A stretch of DNA of 64,000 bases, from assembly GCA_964493715.1 (NCBI GenBank), contig CAZBPC010000008.1:1-64000 (forward strand), given 5' to 3'. This DNA is from an uncultured archaeon (GTDB taxonomy: Archaea > Asgardarchaeota > Lokiarchaeia > Sigyniarchaeales > SOKP01). How positions within the stretch are numbered: position 1 is the stretch's first letter; each line of letters opens with the position of its first letter. Shown here in pieces: positions 29,818-40,919 of this stretch. A program made the position numbers and the translations under genes. Under the pieces are notes generated by a model. The model was not told the origin of the DNA, did not search any database, and saw nothing but the letters and a program-made list of their open reading frames with translations.

Positions 29818-30603
29818 CTATTGTTTATAGAATTCTGGATGTCGATCTTCAAAGATGTTATTGAAGAGGTTTAATTGTTTATCTCTGGCTTTTTCATTAT
29901 CAATTTCTACAACCGCAATATCAGTTTCATTATCTTGAGAAGAGGAGAGTATATCTCCATTATATGATGTGATTTGGCTTCTTCCAGTGAAAGTAAAATC
30001 ATCATCTCCCCTTTCTTCTCTTCCAATTCTATTCGATGTTATTGCATATACTCTATTAACTAAACAGTGAGTTTGCATAGCTTTTTGACAATATGGGAGT
30101 ACTAAATTACTAGGATGAGCGATAATTTCTGCCCCTTGCAAAGCTAATGTACGTATAATTTCAGGAAAAAACCAGTCAAAACAAATCATCATCCCAATAT
30201 TTACATTATTCACTTTAAATACTTCTGGAGCGTTTTCTCCCGGTGAAAACCATATCTTTTCCTTATAATATAGATGAATTTTTCGATAAATGCCTAAAAA
30301 TTTATTTTTATAAACGCTCATCGCGGAATTATAAATTTTATCACCATTCTTTTCAGCAAATCCTCCAATTAATACAGCTCCTGTTTTTTGAGATTGTTCT
30401 TTTAAAAATTGAAATGTCGGACCGTCAAGCGCTTCAGCTAAAGATTGTACTTCTCTCTTAGAAATAAAAGCATATCCAGTTGCAAATAACTCAGGAAGTA
30501 CAAGTAAATCTGCTTTTACACCTTGTAATAATCCATTTACTTGTTCAAAATTTGCATCCTTTTCACCAAATAAAGGATGGATTTGCACATAACCAATTTT
30601 CAT
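29818..30603 (-). CDS. Carbon-nitrogen hydrolase (nitrilase superfamily)
   Basis: Catalytic triad contexts LPELF, YRKIHL and ICFDW. Confidence 0.92.
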   Translation of the reverse strand: MKIGYVQIHPLFGEKDANFEQVNGLLQGVKADLLVLPELFATGYAFISKREVQSLAEALDGPTFQFLKEQSQKTGAVLIGGFAEKNGDKIYNSAMSVYKNKFLGIYRKIHLYYKEKIWFSPGENAPEVFKVNNVNIGMMICFDWFFPEIIRTLALQGAEIIAHPSNLVLPYCQKAMQTHCLVNRVYAITSNRIGREERGDDDFTFTGRSQITSYNGDILSSSQDNETDIAVVEIDNEKARDKQLNLFNNIFEDRHPEFYKQ

Positions 30604-30909
30604 TTGTAAAATACCTAATTCTTTAAGATCTATGTTTATAGAGTTAAACCGAACTTATTACTAATTACTTATAAAAAACAATTATATTAATTTAAAAGTA
30701 TTTTTAAAATTACTAATTGATCATTTTATAATAATTAAATTTTTAAATTACTTCAATTGACTATACTTATCAATTTTTTGTACAACAAATTTAGCGTGGA
30801 GTATCAACTAATAATTGTTGAGTAAGATTTTCATAAACCAAACAATATTATTCGAGTTTCTTTGCCTTATTGATTAAAATCGATACATTTTTATAGGTGA
30901 ATATATATT

Positions 30910-30928
30910 TATCAAGTAGACGTTGACA
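30910..30928 (+). promoter_or_regulatory. Candidate operator TATCAA-N7-TTGACA just downstream of the hsp20 TATA box
   Basis: Imperfect inverted repeat about 15-30 nt downstream of TTTTATA (about 30889-30895). Confidence 0.4.
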
Positions 30929-30947
30929 AAAAAACAATTACAAAGTA

Positions 30948-31592
30948 GTGATAGATATGAATGATGATCATGACGATTATGATGATTTTTATGCGGATAT
31001 TTTAAAAAAATTTAAGAAATATTTTAAAATAAATCCCGATTTATCTGATGATGTGGATTTCTTGTTTATACCGGAACCTATCAAAAATTTTGATATAGAC
31101 TCCCAAAACCCAAATATAAAAGGATTCAAAGTCTCCTATCATTTTGAACCTGGAATGGATAAACCTGAAATTCGAATTGAAGGTGATATTGACCAAAAAA
31201 AGATGCTTGAGTATTTAAAAGGAATAAATATGCAGCAAAATCCTCGATTTAAACTCATGAGAAAAGATCAAAATCAAGGTAAAGAGATAGATGCAAGCAT
31301 GTTTTCGTTAGAACCCTGTAAAGAGGAGGAGGAAAACTGTTCTCTTGAGCCTTATTCAGAAATTCACGATCTTGAGGATGGAGTGGAAATCATTCTCGAA
31401 GTTCCAGGAGTTGAAAAAGGACATGTAATTTTAAGTTTAAGCAATGATGGACGTAAATTAAAGATAATTGCAAAAAATTCGAATCGTAATTTTGAAAAAG
31501 AAATCAAATTGCCCTTTAAATCATCTTTAGATGGTCATATAATGGATATTAACAATGGGATAGCCTCAATCATCATTAAAAAGAAGATTTAA
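30948..31592 (+). CDS. Small heat shock protein (Hsp20)
   Basis: C-terminal alpha-crystallin domain (EPYSEI...LEVPGVEK...EIKLP...NNGIASI). Confidence 0.85.
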   Translation: MIDMNDDHDDYDDFYADILKKFKKYFKINPDLSDDVDFLFIPEPIKNFDIDSQNPNIKGFKVSYHFEPGMDKPEIRIEGDIDQKKMLEYLKGINMQQNPRFKLMRKDQNQGKEIDASMFSLEPCKEEEENCSLEPYSEIHDLEDGVEIILEVPGVEKGHVILSLSNDGRKLKIIAKNSNRNFEKEIKLPFKSSLDGHIMDINNGIASIIIKKKI

Positions 31593-31670
31593 CAAACCAA
31601 TTACCCTTTTTAATTGATTTTTTATATATTTAAAAGAATATTATGATTATAGTAAAGAGTGAGAAAATAG

Positions 31671-34013
31671 ATGAGTGGTATAATAGAAGGATATAGAGGT
31701 AAAAAGAACCAGTTAAAAGTTAAGGACGCATTTAAAGAAGATGCAGGCCGAGGTATAGTGAGAATGGATCCGGATGTAGTGCAAACATTAAATCTTAAAA
31801 CTGGAGATGTCATAGAAATATCACATCCTTTAACAGAAAAAAAAACAGCTGCGTTAATCTATCCAGGAAGAAATGAAGATAGAGGAAGCGGGACAATTCG
31901 AATAGATCCTTCGTTGAGACGCAATTTGAGTGCTTCTTTAGATGATATTGTTGAAATACGTAAAATTGATGCGGCATTAGCTGATAAGATCACTTTTGCT
32001 GGATTAAAAGAGGCAATTTTTACAAGAAAATCTCAACAACTAACCAGAATTTTAGAAAATCGGGTTGTAACTAAAGGAGATATTCTGAGTTTCTATGCAA
32101 GTGCAAATAAGAGAGTAGATCTAGTAGTTATAGATTATATTCCTAGAACTGAGGCCGTAAGAATCCATTTAGATACAGAAATTATAATTAGTGAAAAAAG
32201 CCATAGAGAAATCATTGAATCAGAAAAATCTCGCGTTTCATACGAGGATATCGGTGGTTTAGGAGAAGAAATTCAAAAAATCAGGGAAATGATTGAACTT
32301 CCCATTCGCCATCCAGAAATATTTAAAAGAATTGGAATAGAACCACCTAAGGGAGTATTATTACACGGTCCACCTGGGACTGGTAAAACTCTATTAGCAC
32401 GCGCTGTAGCATATGAGACTGAAGCACACTTCATTACAATTAGTGGACCAGAAATAATGAGTAAATTTTATGGTCAAAGTGAGCAAAATTTAAGGAAAAT
32501 TTTTGATGAGGCAAGCGAACAAGCACCTTCCATAATATTTATTGACGAATTGGATTCAATTGCACCAAAAAGAGGAGAAGTTACAGGTGAAGTTGAAAGG
32601 AGAGTTGTAGCTCAGTTATTATCATTAATGGATGGATTGGAAGGAAGAGGAGAGGTTATTGTCATTGGGGCAACTAATCGAGTTAATGATATAGATCCTG
32701 CATTGCGTCGACCTGGACGTTTTGATCGAGAAATTGAAATCGGTGTCCCTGATACTGATGGTCGATATGAGATACTTCAAATTCATTCTCGTGGTATGCC
32801 AATCGATGAAGACGTCGACTTACATGTAATCGCTGAAAGAACTCATGGATTTGTTGGTGCTGATGTAGAAGCCTTAGCTAAAGAAGCAGCGATGCTAGCG
32901 ATAAGAAAAATTCTGCCAAAAATCAATTTAGATAAACCCATTCCAAACGAGATTTTATCTGAAATCCAAATTAGCATGGATAATTTTCTAGACTCATTAA
33001 ATAGTATCGAACCTTCAGCATTAAGAGAAGTTCTCATTCAACAACCAACAGAAAGCTGGGATGATGTGGGAGGTCTTGAAGATGCAAAATTACAATTACG
33101 AGAAGTAATAGAATGGCCCTTAAAATATCCTGAATTATATTCACATTTAGATTCAAAGCCACCAAATGGTATCTTACTATATGGTCCACCCGGGACTGGT
33201 AAAACATTACTAGCAAAAGCGTTAGCTCACGAGACCGATATAAATTTTATCTCAGTGAAAGGACCTGAATTTCTTTCTAAATGGGTTGGAGAAAGCGAAA
33301 AGGCTGTACGAGAAACGTTTAGAAAAGCGCGCTCTGCAGCACCTTGCATCATATTTTTTGATGAAATTGATGCGATTGCTGGACTGAGGGGAAGGTTTGC
33401 AGGTTCAGAAGTAACTGAACAAGTTGTTTCACAATTACTTACTGAGATGGATGGTTTAGAAGGATTAAAAGATGTCATTTTACTTGCCGCTACAAATAGA
33501 CCCGATATGTTAGATCCTGCTTTACTGAGATCAGGACGATTTGGAAGACATATTGAGATTACCATGCCAGATCTAGTCACGAGAAAAGAAATCTTTAAGA
33601 TTCATTTGAAGAATAAACCTTTGGATGAGAATGTTGACCTAAATCAATTATCAGAAAATTTAGATGGTTATACAGGAGCTGACATTCAAGCTATTTGTGA
33701 GGAAGCTACGTTATTAACAATACGAAAAGCCATTATTCAAGTTGATCTAAAAAAGAGAGAAATTATTGAATTTAACAGCCAAATTGAATCATTAAAAAAT
33801 AAAAAAATCGGAATGCCTAAATCAAATGAAGAAGCAGAAACAATATCTGTACAAATTCAAGAATTAGAGCAAAAGATCGCTGAACTCAATGAAGAAATGG
33901 TCAAGAATATAAAAATCTCTAAAACAGAATTCACAGAAGCAATTGAAAAAGTACTAAAAGGTGCAGATATAGCTAAGAAGGCTGAAAAAGGTCTAGAAGA
34001 AATGTATAGATAA
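31671..34013 (+). CDS. cdc48: Cdc48/VCP AAA+ ATPase
   Basis: N-domain plus two AAA modules (GPPGTGKT x2, FIDELD and FFDEID, RRPGRFD). Confidence 0.96.
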   Translation: MSGIIEGYRGKKNQLKVKDAFKEDAGRGIVRMDPDVVQTLNLKTGDVIEISHPLTEKKTAALIYPGRNEDRGSGTIRIDPSLRRNLSASLDDIVEIRKIDAALADKITFAGLKEAIFTRKSQQLTRILENRVVTKGDILSFYASANKRVDLVVIDYIPRTEAVRIHLDTEIIISEKSHREIIESEKSRVSYEDIGGLGEEIQKIREMIELPIRHPEIFKRIGIEPPKGVLLHGPPGTGKTLLARAVAYETEAHFITISGPEIMSKFYGQSEQNLRKIFDEASEQAPSIIFIDELDSIAPKRGEVTGEVERRVVAQLLSLMDGLEGRGEVIVIGATNRVNDIDPALRRPGRFDREIEIGVPDTDGRYEILQIHSRGMPIDEDVDLHVIAERTHGFVGADVEALAKEAAMLAIRKILPKINLDKPIPNEILSEIQISMDNFLDSLNSIEPSALREVLIQQPTESWDDVGGLEDAKLQLREVIEWPLKYPELYSHLDSKPPNGILLYGPPGTGKTLLAKALAHETDINFISVKGPEFLSKWVGESEKAVRETFRKARSAAPCIIFFDEIDAIAGLRGRFAGSEVTEQVVSQLLTEMDGLEGLKDVILLAATNRPDMLDPALLRSGRFGRHIEITMPDLVTRKEIFKIHLKNKPLDENVDLNQLSENLDGYTGADIQAICEEATLLTIRKAIIQVDLKKREIIEFNSQIESLKNKKIGMPKSNEEAETISVQIQELEQKIAELNEEMVKNIKISKTEFTEAIEKVLKGADIAKKAEKGLEEMYR

Positions 34014-34034
34014 TTTTAGGAGGTTTAAAATAAT

Positions 34035-34856
34035 ATGGAAGTAGAAGATGAGAGATCAGATCAACAGTTAATTGGATTAGATTCATTATTAGAAATATTA
34101 GGTAATCCAACACGAAGAAGTATATTATCAAAATTATCAAAAGTTCCCCGTACTGGACCAGAAATAGCAGATGATTTAGGAATTTCGAGACAAGCGATTC
34201 ATAGCCAGCTCAAGTTACTTACTGATTCAGGACTTGTTGAAGGACCACCTGAAGGATCAAGGGGCGGTACCTTTCGCATAAAAAGTAATATTTCAGTTAG
34301 AATTGATATCACCCCTCAATACTATAACATTAAATTCAACACTAAACCTGCACTTAATAATTCAAATGCAATTGAATTTCAAAATATGAATTGTTCAATT
34401 GATTATTCTAAATTTAAAACCGTGGATGATAAAATCAAGTTTTTGGGAGATCAAATCCTAAAAGTTGAACAAGAGATTTCTCACTTGGATCAAGAGAGAA
34501 AGGATTTTTTAATTCAAAAACAATGTATCCTTCAAGAGATTAGGAAATTGATGCATGGTCAGTTTAAAAAAAACCTTGAAAAAAGATTAAAGGTTCGATA
34601 TAATCAAATTAAGGATAAGAGTTTAAATGACTTATTCAATCTCTCAGAAGAAATTGTTTTTACCATGTTTTATAATCCTCAACGTTACAAAAATCGAGTT
34701 GACATAAATAAACTCTTGGATGACTTATTTTTCTCAGATATGGATTCTTATCAGCGAGATCAACGATTTGGTTCGATTAGATCTCTACTGACGGATATGT
34801 CGAGTCTGATGGGTTTTCTACGAGAAGATGATGAAGATTGGTTTTTTGAATTCTAA
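34035..34856 (+). CDS. ArsR-family HTH regulator with coiled coil (Phr/HSR1-like heat-shock regulator)
   Basis: ILGNPTRRSIL...GISRQAIHSQLKLL; lies in an operon with hsp20 and cdc48. Confidence 0.8.
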   Translation: MEVEDERSDQQLIGLDSLLEILGNPTRRSILSKLSKVPRTGPEIADDLGISRQAIHSQLKLLTDSGLVEGPPEGSRGGTFRIKSNISVRIDITPQYYNIKFNTKPALNNSNAIEFQNMNCSIDYSKFKTVDDKIKFLGDQILKVEQEISHLDQERKDFLIQKQCILQEIRKLMHGQFKKNLEKRLKVRYNQIKDKSLNDLFNLSEEIVFTMFYNPQRYKNRVDINKLLDDLFFSDMDSYQRDQRFGSIRSLLTDMSSLMGFLREDDEDWFFEF

Positions 34857-34880
34857 TTAAATATAAGAAAGAGGAGTGAT

Positions 34881-35381
34881 ATGGATTTATACGATTTAAA
34901 AAAAGAAATGCCCGATATCTTTGCACGTGTTAAAGAGGATGTAAAAAAAGTGTTTGGTAGACATAGAGCTGGACTTAGCTTAGGTTTGGCAGAAATGGGA
35001 ATGGTACAAGGTGGATTTATTGGTGGTATGCATTTTGCTCCAGGTACTGATATAATAATGAATACAGCACCTCTTAAAATTATTTTAGAGACCCAACCAT
35101 ATGAAATCGTGTGGGCATATACTTATCATATCCTTCTCCATGAATACATCCACTCGTTAGGAATCATTGATGAGCAGCAATGTAGAATTCTAACTCTTAA
35201 ACTTACTAAAGAAATTTTTAGTGAATCAGATCATCCTGCAATCACTTTGGCTGAAAGTGGCATAGGAGCGTTTATACCAAATTTGCAATTGAGGTACATT
35301 CCCCCAAATCAAAAACCAGATGGAATTTCTATTGAATATATCTCTGAGTTTGAAAAGGAAAGTTTTGACTATTATTCTTGA
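34881..35381 (+). CDS. Putative zincin-like metallopeptidase
   Basis: LLHEYIHSLG (HExxH) motif. Confidence 0.65.
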   Translation: MDLYDLKKEMPDIFARVKEDVKKVFGRHRAGLSLGLAEMGMVQGGFIGGMHFAPGTDIIMNTAPLKIILETQPYEIVWAYTYHILLHEYIHSLGIIDEQQCRILTLKLTKEIFSESDHPAITLAESGIGAFIPNLQLRYIPPNQKPDGISIEYISEFEKESFDYYS

Positions 35382-35445
35382 GATAAGAATTATTTTTTTA
35401 TTTTTTTGATATTAATATTAATTACACAAGATAATTTAATATCTA

Positions 35446-36549
35446 GTGGAAAGAAAACTAAACGAGTGGTTGATGAATATATCTAAAATTTCAAAGCAAG
35501 ATATTAATAAGGATGATCCGAACCTAGGAATAGAAAAAAGTTTTGATGCTGTTAAGGATCAATTGATTCTAAAATGGAACTATAAAGATATAAATAAAAA
35601 ACTTGTTTATGATATAAAAAAATGCATCGGATGTAGTTTATGCAAAATTGTTTGTCCGGTTGATGCAATTGAGCTAGGACCAATTCCTGAAATTGCTCAG
35701 AACACATTAAACGACTCAAATCCTAAACTCTTAATTGATCATGATAAATGTTGTTATTGCATGCTCTGTGCGATAGTATGCCCCAACGATGCTTTCCATG
35801 AAAATATTGAGCCAGAAGGAGAAATTGATCTGGATCAATATCCTTCAATTGATAGCTTTTTTAGGATTGACGAGAAAGATTGTATAGAAGATATTAAAAA
35901 TGAAACCTGCAAACTTTGCTTGAGTGTTAGGGATAGAAATCATATAAAAGATTATTATATGATAGAAAAGAATTGTCCAACTAATTGTTTTCATATCGAT
36001 AGTCCAATCGAAGGAGAAGTAATTATTAAAAAGAACATGTTGCATAAATGTAGTCCAGAGAACTGTAAAGCGTGCATTAACATCTGCCCTGTTCAATCCT
36101 TCTTTATCCCAGAATCTGCAGAGGATGTTGTGAAATATGGAAAAATTGCGTGTAATGAGGATCAATGTTTTTACTGTGGCGCGTGTGAAAATAGCTGTCC
36201 CGATGATCTAATAGTTGTTAATCGAAAAAATATCAAAATTGTTGATCCTAAAAAAAGCGGAAATTACCCTTGGAAGGAAGGTTGGATTAAAAATATTAAA
36301 GAAATATTGAAATTACATTTCACCAAAGGAAAAGACCAAATTGATATCCCTATCATCGCGCAAAAGATTAAAAAAACCACAGAAAAAATAATGGAAAACA
36401 TACCCCAGCTCAGTAAAGAAGACAAGGACCAACTATCTGAATTAAATGATAAGATCCAAAAATTCTTGAAATCCTCAAAAATCCGTTATTGGATGAAAGA
36501 TAAAAAAACTGAAAAAATAGGTAAAGAATTGGATAAATACTTAAGGTAA
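35446..36549 (+). CDS. Polyferredoxin (FwdF-like 4Fe-4S protein)
   Basis: Several CxxCxxCxxxCP motifs. Confidence 0.85.
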   Translation: MERKLNEWLMNISKISKQDINKDDPNLGIEKSFDAVKDQLILKWNYKDINKKLVYDIKKCIGCSLCKIVCPVDAIELGPIPEIAQNTLNDSNPKLLIDHDKCCYCMLCAIVCPNDAFHENIEPEGEIDLDQYPSIDSFFRIDEKDCIEDIKNETCKLCLSVRDRNHIKDYYMIEKNCPTNCFHIDSPIEGEVIIKKNMLHKCSPENCKACINICPVQSFFIPESAEDVVKYGKIACNEDQCFYCGACENSCPDDLIVVNRKNIKIVDPKKSGNYPWKEGWIKNIKEILKLHFTKGKDQIDIPIIAQKIKKTTEKIMENIPQLSKEDKDQLSELNDKIQKFLKSSKIRYWMKDKKTEKIGKELDKYLR

Positions 36550-36644
36550 TAAATTTGTCCTAAATTCTACTTTTTCGCATAAAATATCTTAGTTTTTATA
36601 TTTTAAATTAAAAGGATATATAAATTCAATTCTTAGTCAGGAAA

Positions 36645-36932
36645 ATGATTATAAAGCTAAAGATAAAGGTGGAAAAAAGTATTAAAAAGAAACAGATAGT
36701 AGTTTGGATTCAAAGACAAGAAGATATCGAGAACGATATCCAACAATTATTTCAATTCTTCAAGGATCAGATAAAAATTTCGAAAATTAAAAGAATTTTA
36801 TCATATTATAGAGTTTCCTCAGAAAATCCTGCCATTATGTTGTCTTTTTTTACCGCTCTTCAAGAAATTATTCCAGATATTTATTTTAATAATGATGATT
36901 CTGTAGAATTTGAGGAATCATTCAATTCGTAA
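36645..36932 (+). CDS. Hypothetical protein
   Basis: 95-aa ORF with an upstream TATA-like element. Confidence 0.6.
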   Translation: MIIKLKIKVEKSIKKKQIVVWIQRQEDIENDIQQLFQFFKDQIKISKIKRILSYYRVSSENPAIMLSFFTALQEIIPDIYFNNDDSVEFEESFNS

Positions 36933-36986
36933 TTTAAAAACATTTATTAGTTCATAATCTGATACTCAAATTTAAATTTTGTAAGA

Positions 36987-37060
36987 TGGGAGGAGAGGGA
37001 TTCGAACCCTCGACCACCTGGTCCCAAACCAGGAATCATACCAAGCTAGACCACCCTCCC
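36987..37060 (-). tRNA. tRNA-Pro (anticodon UGG), no intron, CCA not encoded
   Basis: Reverse complement GGGAGGGTGGTCTAGCTTGGTATGATTCCTGGTTTGGGACCAGGTGGTCGAGGGTTCGAATCCCTCTCCTCCCA folds as a cloverleaf; anticodon arm CCTGG-TTTGGGA-CCAGG. Confidence 0.95.
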
Positions 37061-37205
37061 ATCGTTTGTAGGTATTTCCTAGCCCTTATGTTAAAATATT
37101 AATGAGAATGGGTTTATTTAAATTACCTTACTACACATTAAAATTAATTTTCAATTTTTAATTTTATTGTTACACAGAATCTTAAAATAAAATTAAATTA
37201 GTAAT

Positions 37206-37790
37206 TTGTTGATGAAACACAAAATCTATCTTCAAAAAATTGGTTTAGTAGATAAATCTATTTTGGTTAAATTGAAGAAAAATTTAGAGTGGAGTTTTAA
37301 GAGATTTGGAATAGAATTTAAAATTTGCTCTAATGATCTCGGTTTATATAAATTTGAATACGTTTCAGGAAAGAAGCAATTTGATGCGCCATTAATTTTA
37401 AAAAGATTATTGAAGCAAGCTGAACGCAAAAATTACTTCAGAATATTAGGAATCATAGATCAAGATATTTTTTCTGGATTTTTTGAATATAATTTTGGAA
37501 TTGCTAAGCTTCCTAAGGAATTTAAAACAAGCATTCCAAGGGTTGCCTTAATTTCAATTTTTAGACTCAAAGAATCCAATTATGATAGGGAGGAAAACTC
37601 CGCTTTATTAGAGAAAAGAATTTTAACGGAATCGATACATGAACTCGGGCACACTTTTGGATTAGATCATTGTGAAAATGATTGTGTCATGCAGTTTTCT
37701 GAATCATTAATGCTAGTTGATAAAAAAACTCCAAATTTTTGCGTTAAATGTATGGGAATATTGGAGGAAGCTTTTTTAAATCTTGATTAG
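37206..37790 (+). CDS. Archaemetzincin-type zinc metalloprotease
   Basis: HELGHTFGLDHC...CVM.FS...FCVKC motif. Confidence 0.9.
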   Translation: MLMKHKIYLQKIGLVDKSILVKLKKNLEWSFKRFGIEFKICSNDLGLYKFEYVSGKKQFDAPLILKRLLKQAERKNYFRILGIIDQDIFSGFFEYNFGIAKLPKEFKTSIPRVALISIFRLKESNYDREENSALLEKRILTESIHELGHTFGLDHCENDCVMQFSESLMLVDKKTPNFCVKCMGILEEAFLNLD

Positions 37791-38803
37791 TGATTGTGAT
37801 TTGTTTCCTTAAATTTTTGATATAATTTTTCACTAATATTAAAGAAAAGCCTTTTATTTTTTAACAAATCAATTAAATCTATTGGAATGTTTTTCCTTCC
37901 AAAATATGCTCCTGCCAAGCTCCCGCCAATCGCTCCTACTGTATCGCTATCACCCCCAGCGCTCGCAAGTTCATAAATACAATCTTCAAAAGAGCTTAGT
38001 CTATTAATAAAGATAAAAATTGCGCAAGCAACGGTACTAATGGCATAAGGATGAACAAAAGCTTTTCCAAAATATTCTTCAATGAAAAATGGTGACTTTA
38101 CACCAATTTGTGAGAATTTTATTAATCCTGAATTAATTGGTGTCCCTAAATTTTCTCGTACTTTTTTTAAAATAGATATGAACTCATTCCAAATTGGTTC
38201 GTGTGAGTTTGCAATAGAATCTATTATTGTATCGAAGAATTCATCAATTGAAAATCCATTTTCAGGATTTTTACTAACTAAATAGGATATTGCACACGCT
38301 ATAACAATAGCACTTGCAGAGGCCGCTGGGTGAGAATGAGTGATTATACTTGATTGATAGGCAACTCTCTTTAAATCCTCCGGTTTATTGATATAAAAAA
38401 GACCAACTGGAGAAATCCTCATTGCGGCGCCATTACCACCCGAATTTGAAGCCGCTTCTCTCCACGGAATTCCATATTTTAATTTCTTGATAGAAATTAA
38501 GCATCCATAACCCGGACCTATGGGTGGGTCGTCTAACCAATTGACATATGCCTTAACAAAATTATCGATGTCAAAACCGGAACCTTCAATCAATGCTCGG
38601 GCTGTGTGAATTGTGAGTTGAGTATCGTCAGTATAAGTATTAAATAATTTTTTATTTTTCTTTATGAATTCCTGAAAGTTATTGACTTTAGATTGGATTT
38701 GTTCTTTTAACAATCCTTCAAAAGGTTTTCCTAAAGTATCTCCAATAGCGACTCCTAATAAAGTACCAGAAAATTTATCGAGATAATCTAATTTTGTTAT
38801 CAT
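37787..38803 (-). CDS. ADP-ribosylglycohydrolase family protein
   Basis: GVAIGDTLG, YTDDTQ, GNGAAMR, THSH and GGDSDT motifs. Confidence 0.93.
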   Translation of the reverse strand: MITKLDYLDKFSGTLLGVAIGDTLGKPFEGLLKEQIQSKVNNFQEFIKKNKKLFNTYTDDTQLTIHTARALIEGSGFDIDNFVKAYVNWLDDPPIGPGYGCLISIKKLKYGIPWREAASNSGGNGAAMRISPVGLFYINKPEDLKRVAYQSSIITHSHPAASASAIVIACAISYLVSKNPENGFSIDEFFDTIIDSIANSHEPIWNEFISILKKVRENLGTPINSGLIKFSQIGVKSPFFIEEYFGKAFVHPYAISTVACAIFIFINRLSSFEDCIYELASAGGDSDTVGAIGGSLAGAYFGRKNIPIDLIDLLKNKRLFFNISEKLYQKFKETNHNH

Positions 38804-38883
38804 AATTACTTATTGCAATATCAATAAGCCTTATATATCTTTTTTACCCTATTATATGTTAATTACAGAGGAATATAAGAATT

Positions 38884-39783
38884 TTGCTGAAATTAGATAA
38901 TATTAAAAATGTAATTACTGCAATGATCACTCCTTTCAAAGAGGATTTATCAATTGATGAGGAAAAATATCGAGAATTCATCAGGTTTCAAATAGATAAT
39001 GGTTGTCACATCTTAACCATGGGAACAACTGGTGAAAGCCCAACCTTATCTCATGAGGAACATCATCAAGCAATGGAGATTACTATAAATGAAGCGAGGA
39101 ATTATAAGAAAGATACTTTAGTAATGGTAGGAACGGGTAGTAATTCTACAAGAGAAGCCATCTCCCTTTCTAAATATGCAGTAAATGCAGGTGCAGACGT
39201 CATTTTGGTAGTCGTCCCTTATTATAATAAACCTGCCCAACACTCCCTTATTGACCATTTTTCTGCCATCGCAGACTCTGTTTCAGTGCCTATTATTTTA
39301 TATAATGTCCCAAGTCGCACAGGCAGGAATTTAGAGCCAGAAACTATCGTAGAGCTAGCCAGGAAAAAAGAAAACATTGTTGGAATTAAATGTGCGAGTG
39401 GTGATATTGACCAATTCACGAGAATTATCAAGATGACACGTGAAGATTTTATTGTATTAAGTGGAGATGATGGATTTACGTATCATATAATGGCATTGGG
39501 AGGAGTAGGGGTTATTAGTGTGGCTTCAAACATAATTCCTTCAAAAATAGTAGAATTTACAAAAGCAATGAATGCAGGAGAATGGGAAAAAGCCAGAAAA
39601 ATGCAGTTTGAACTGTATGATCTCTTTAAAATTCTCTTTGTGGAACCAAATCCTGGACCTGTAAAATACGCTGCTGAGCAAATGGGTATAATGAATAAAA
39701 GAATGAGATTACCACTAACTCCCCCTTTAAATGAAAATCAAGCAAAAATCAATCAAGTATTACAAAAATTAAATTTAATCTAA
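38884..39783 (+). CDS. dapA: 4-hydroxy-tetrahydrodipicolinate synthase
   Basis: GTTGES, PYYNKP, YNVPSRTG, GIK, SGDD and NPGPVK motifs. Confidence 0.95.
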   Translation: MLKLDNIKNVITAMITPFKEDLSIDEEKYREFIRFQIDNGCHILTMGTTGESPTLSHEEHHQAMEITINEARNYKKDTLVMVGTGSNSTREAISLSKYAVNAGADVILVVVPYYNKPAQHSLIDHFSAIADSVSVPIILYNVPSRTGRNLEPETIVELARKKENIVGIKCASGDIDQFTRIIKMTREDFIVLSGDDGFTYHIMALGGVGVISVASNIIPSKIVEFTKAMNAGEWEKARKMQFELYDLFKILFVEPNPGPVKYAAEQMGIMNKRMRLPLTPPLNENQAKINQVLQKLNLI

Positions 39784-39815
39784 CTAAAATTTCAAATAAA
39801 TAAAATGAGAAAATA

Positions 39816-40637
39816 ATGATAAAACTGTTAATTTTAGGTCCATCTGGCGTAATGGGGAAATTAATCAGCCAACTTGCATTACAGGATGAAAATATTGATG
39901 TAGTAGCTGCTTGCGATAAATTAAATGTTGGGGAATCTCTTGGTTTTCTTGCGGGTACATTGGATAAAAGAAGCATTGTAATTACAGATGTAAACCAACT
40001 TGAAGATATTATAGATAAAACAAAACCCGATGTTGTTGTTGATTTTACAATTGCATATGCTACGGAAAAAAATTGCATGATTTGCGTAAAAAAGGGAGTA
40101 AGATGTGTAATTGGGACAACTGCGATGTCGAAAGAATTTTTGAAGGATTTTGAAGAACTTGTAAAGAAACACAATATTCCCTCAATTATATCACCAAACA
40201 TGGCAACTGGAGTAAATCTTATATATAAAATTGCTGGAATTTTAACAAACTATTTAAATGAATGGGATATAGAAATCATTGAGAGTCATCATAATCGCAA
40301 GGTAGATGCACCTTCAGGAACTGCTTTAACAATTGCTAAAACAATCTGTGATACTCTTGGATGCGATCCAGAAGACACCTTAAAATTTGGACGTTCTAAG
40401 GGACCTAATAAAAGAAAAGAAGGTGCTAAAAATGAAATTGGGATTCATTCAATTAGGGGTGGAGATATTGTTGGGGATCATACTATTTTGTTTGCAGGAC
40501 CGGGGGAAAGAATTGAGTTAAAGCATCAAGCCCATAGCAGAACAAGTTTTGCAGCAGGAGCTATTAAGGCGATCAAATTTATAGCAAATCAAAAAGAAGG
40601 TAAAATATTCGAAATGAAAGATGTTCTTAATCTTTAA
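39816..40637 (+). CDS. dapB: 4-hydroxy-tetrahydrodipicolinate reductase
   Basis: VDFT, IGTT, ESHHNRKVDAPSGTA and RGGDIVGDH motifs. Confidence 0.96.
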   Translation: MIKLLILGPSGVMGKLISQLALQDENIDVVAACDKLNVGESLGFLAGTLDKRSIVITDVNQLEDIIDKTKPDVVVDFTIAYATEKNCMICVKKGVRCVIGTTAMSKEFLKDFEELVKKHNIPSIISPNMATGVNLIYKIAGILTNYLNEWDIEIIESHHNRKVDAPSGTALTIAKTICDTLGCDPEDTLKFGRSKGPNKRKEGAKNEIGIHSIRGGDIVGDHTILFAGPGERIELKHQAHSRTSFAAGAIKAIKFIANQKEGKIFEMKDVLNL

Positions 40638-40919
40638 TTTTTTCTAAACTAACCCAATTTCTTCTCATAAACAATAAAAAAAAATCTTTTTATATATTTT
40701 AACACCAGAAAAGTAAGATAAAATTATAAAAATCATCAGTGCAGATCAGTATTATCATTAATCCATACTAAGTAGAGATTTCATAATGTCAACACGTCAT
40801 CGAGAATATTAAAGGGTATCCAAGCCTTAATAAACTCACGTTTTTATAATTCTATCTCAATAATTATTAGTATTTCAAAAATTAATTAATTTTGGTAATA
40901 TAATATGATTATCAGAATT

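Noticed and set aside
36987-37060. tRNA-Pro as an integration site or intron-containing tRNA
   Set aside because: No duplicated tRNA end, integrase or intron is visible in the window.
40735-40880. Coding-like stretch on the minus strand between dapB and lysA
   Set aside because: Interrupted by stops and matches no family I recognise; at most an unidentifiable remnant.
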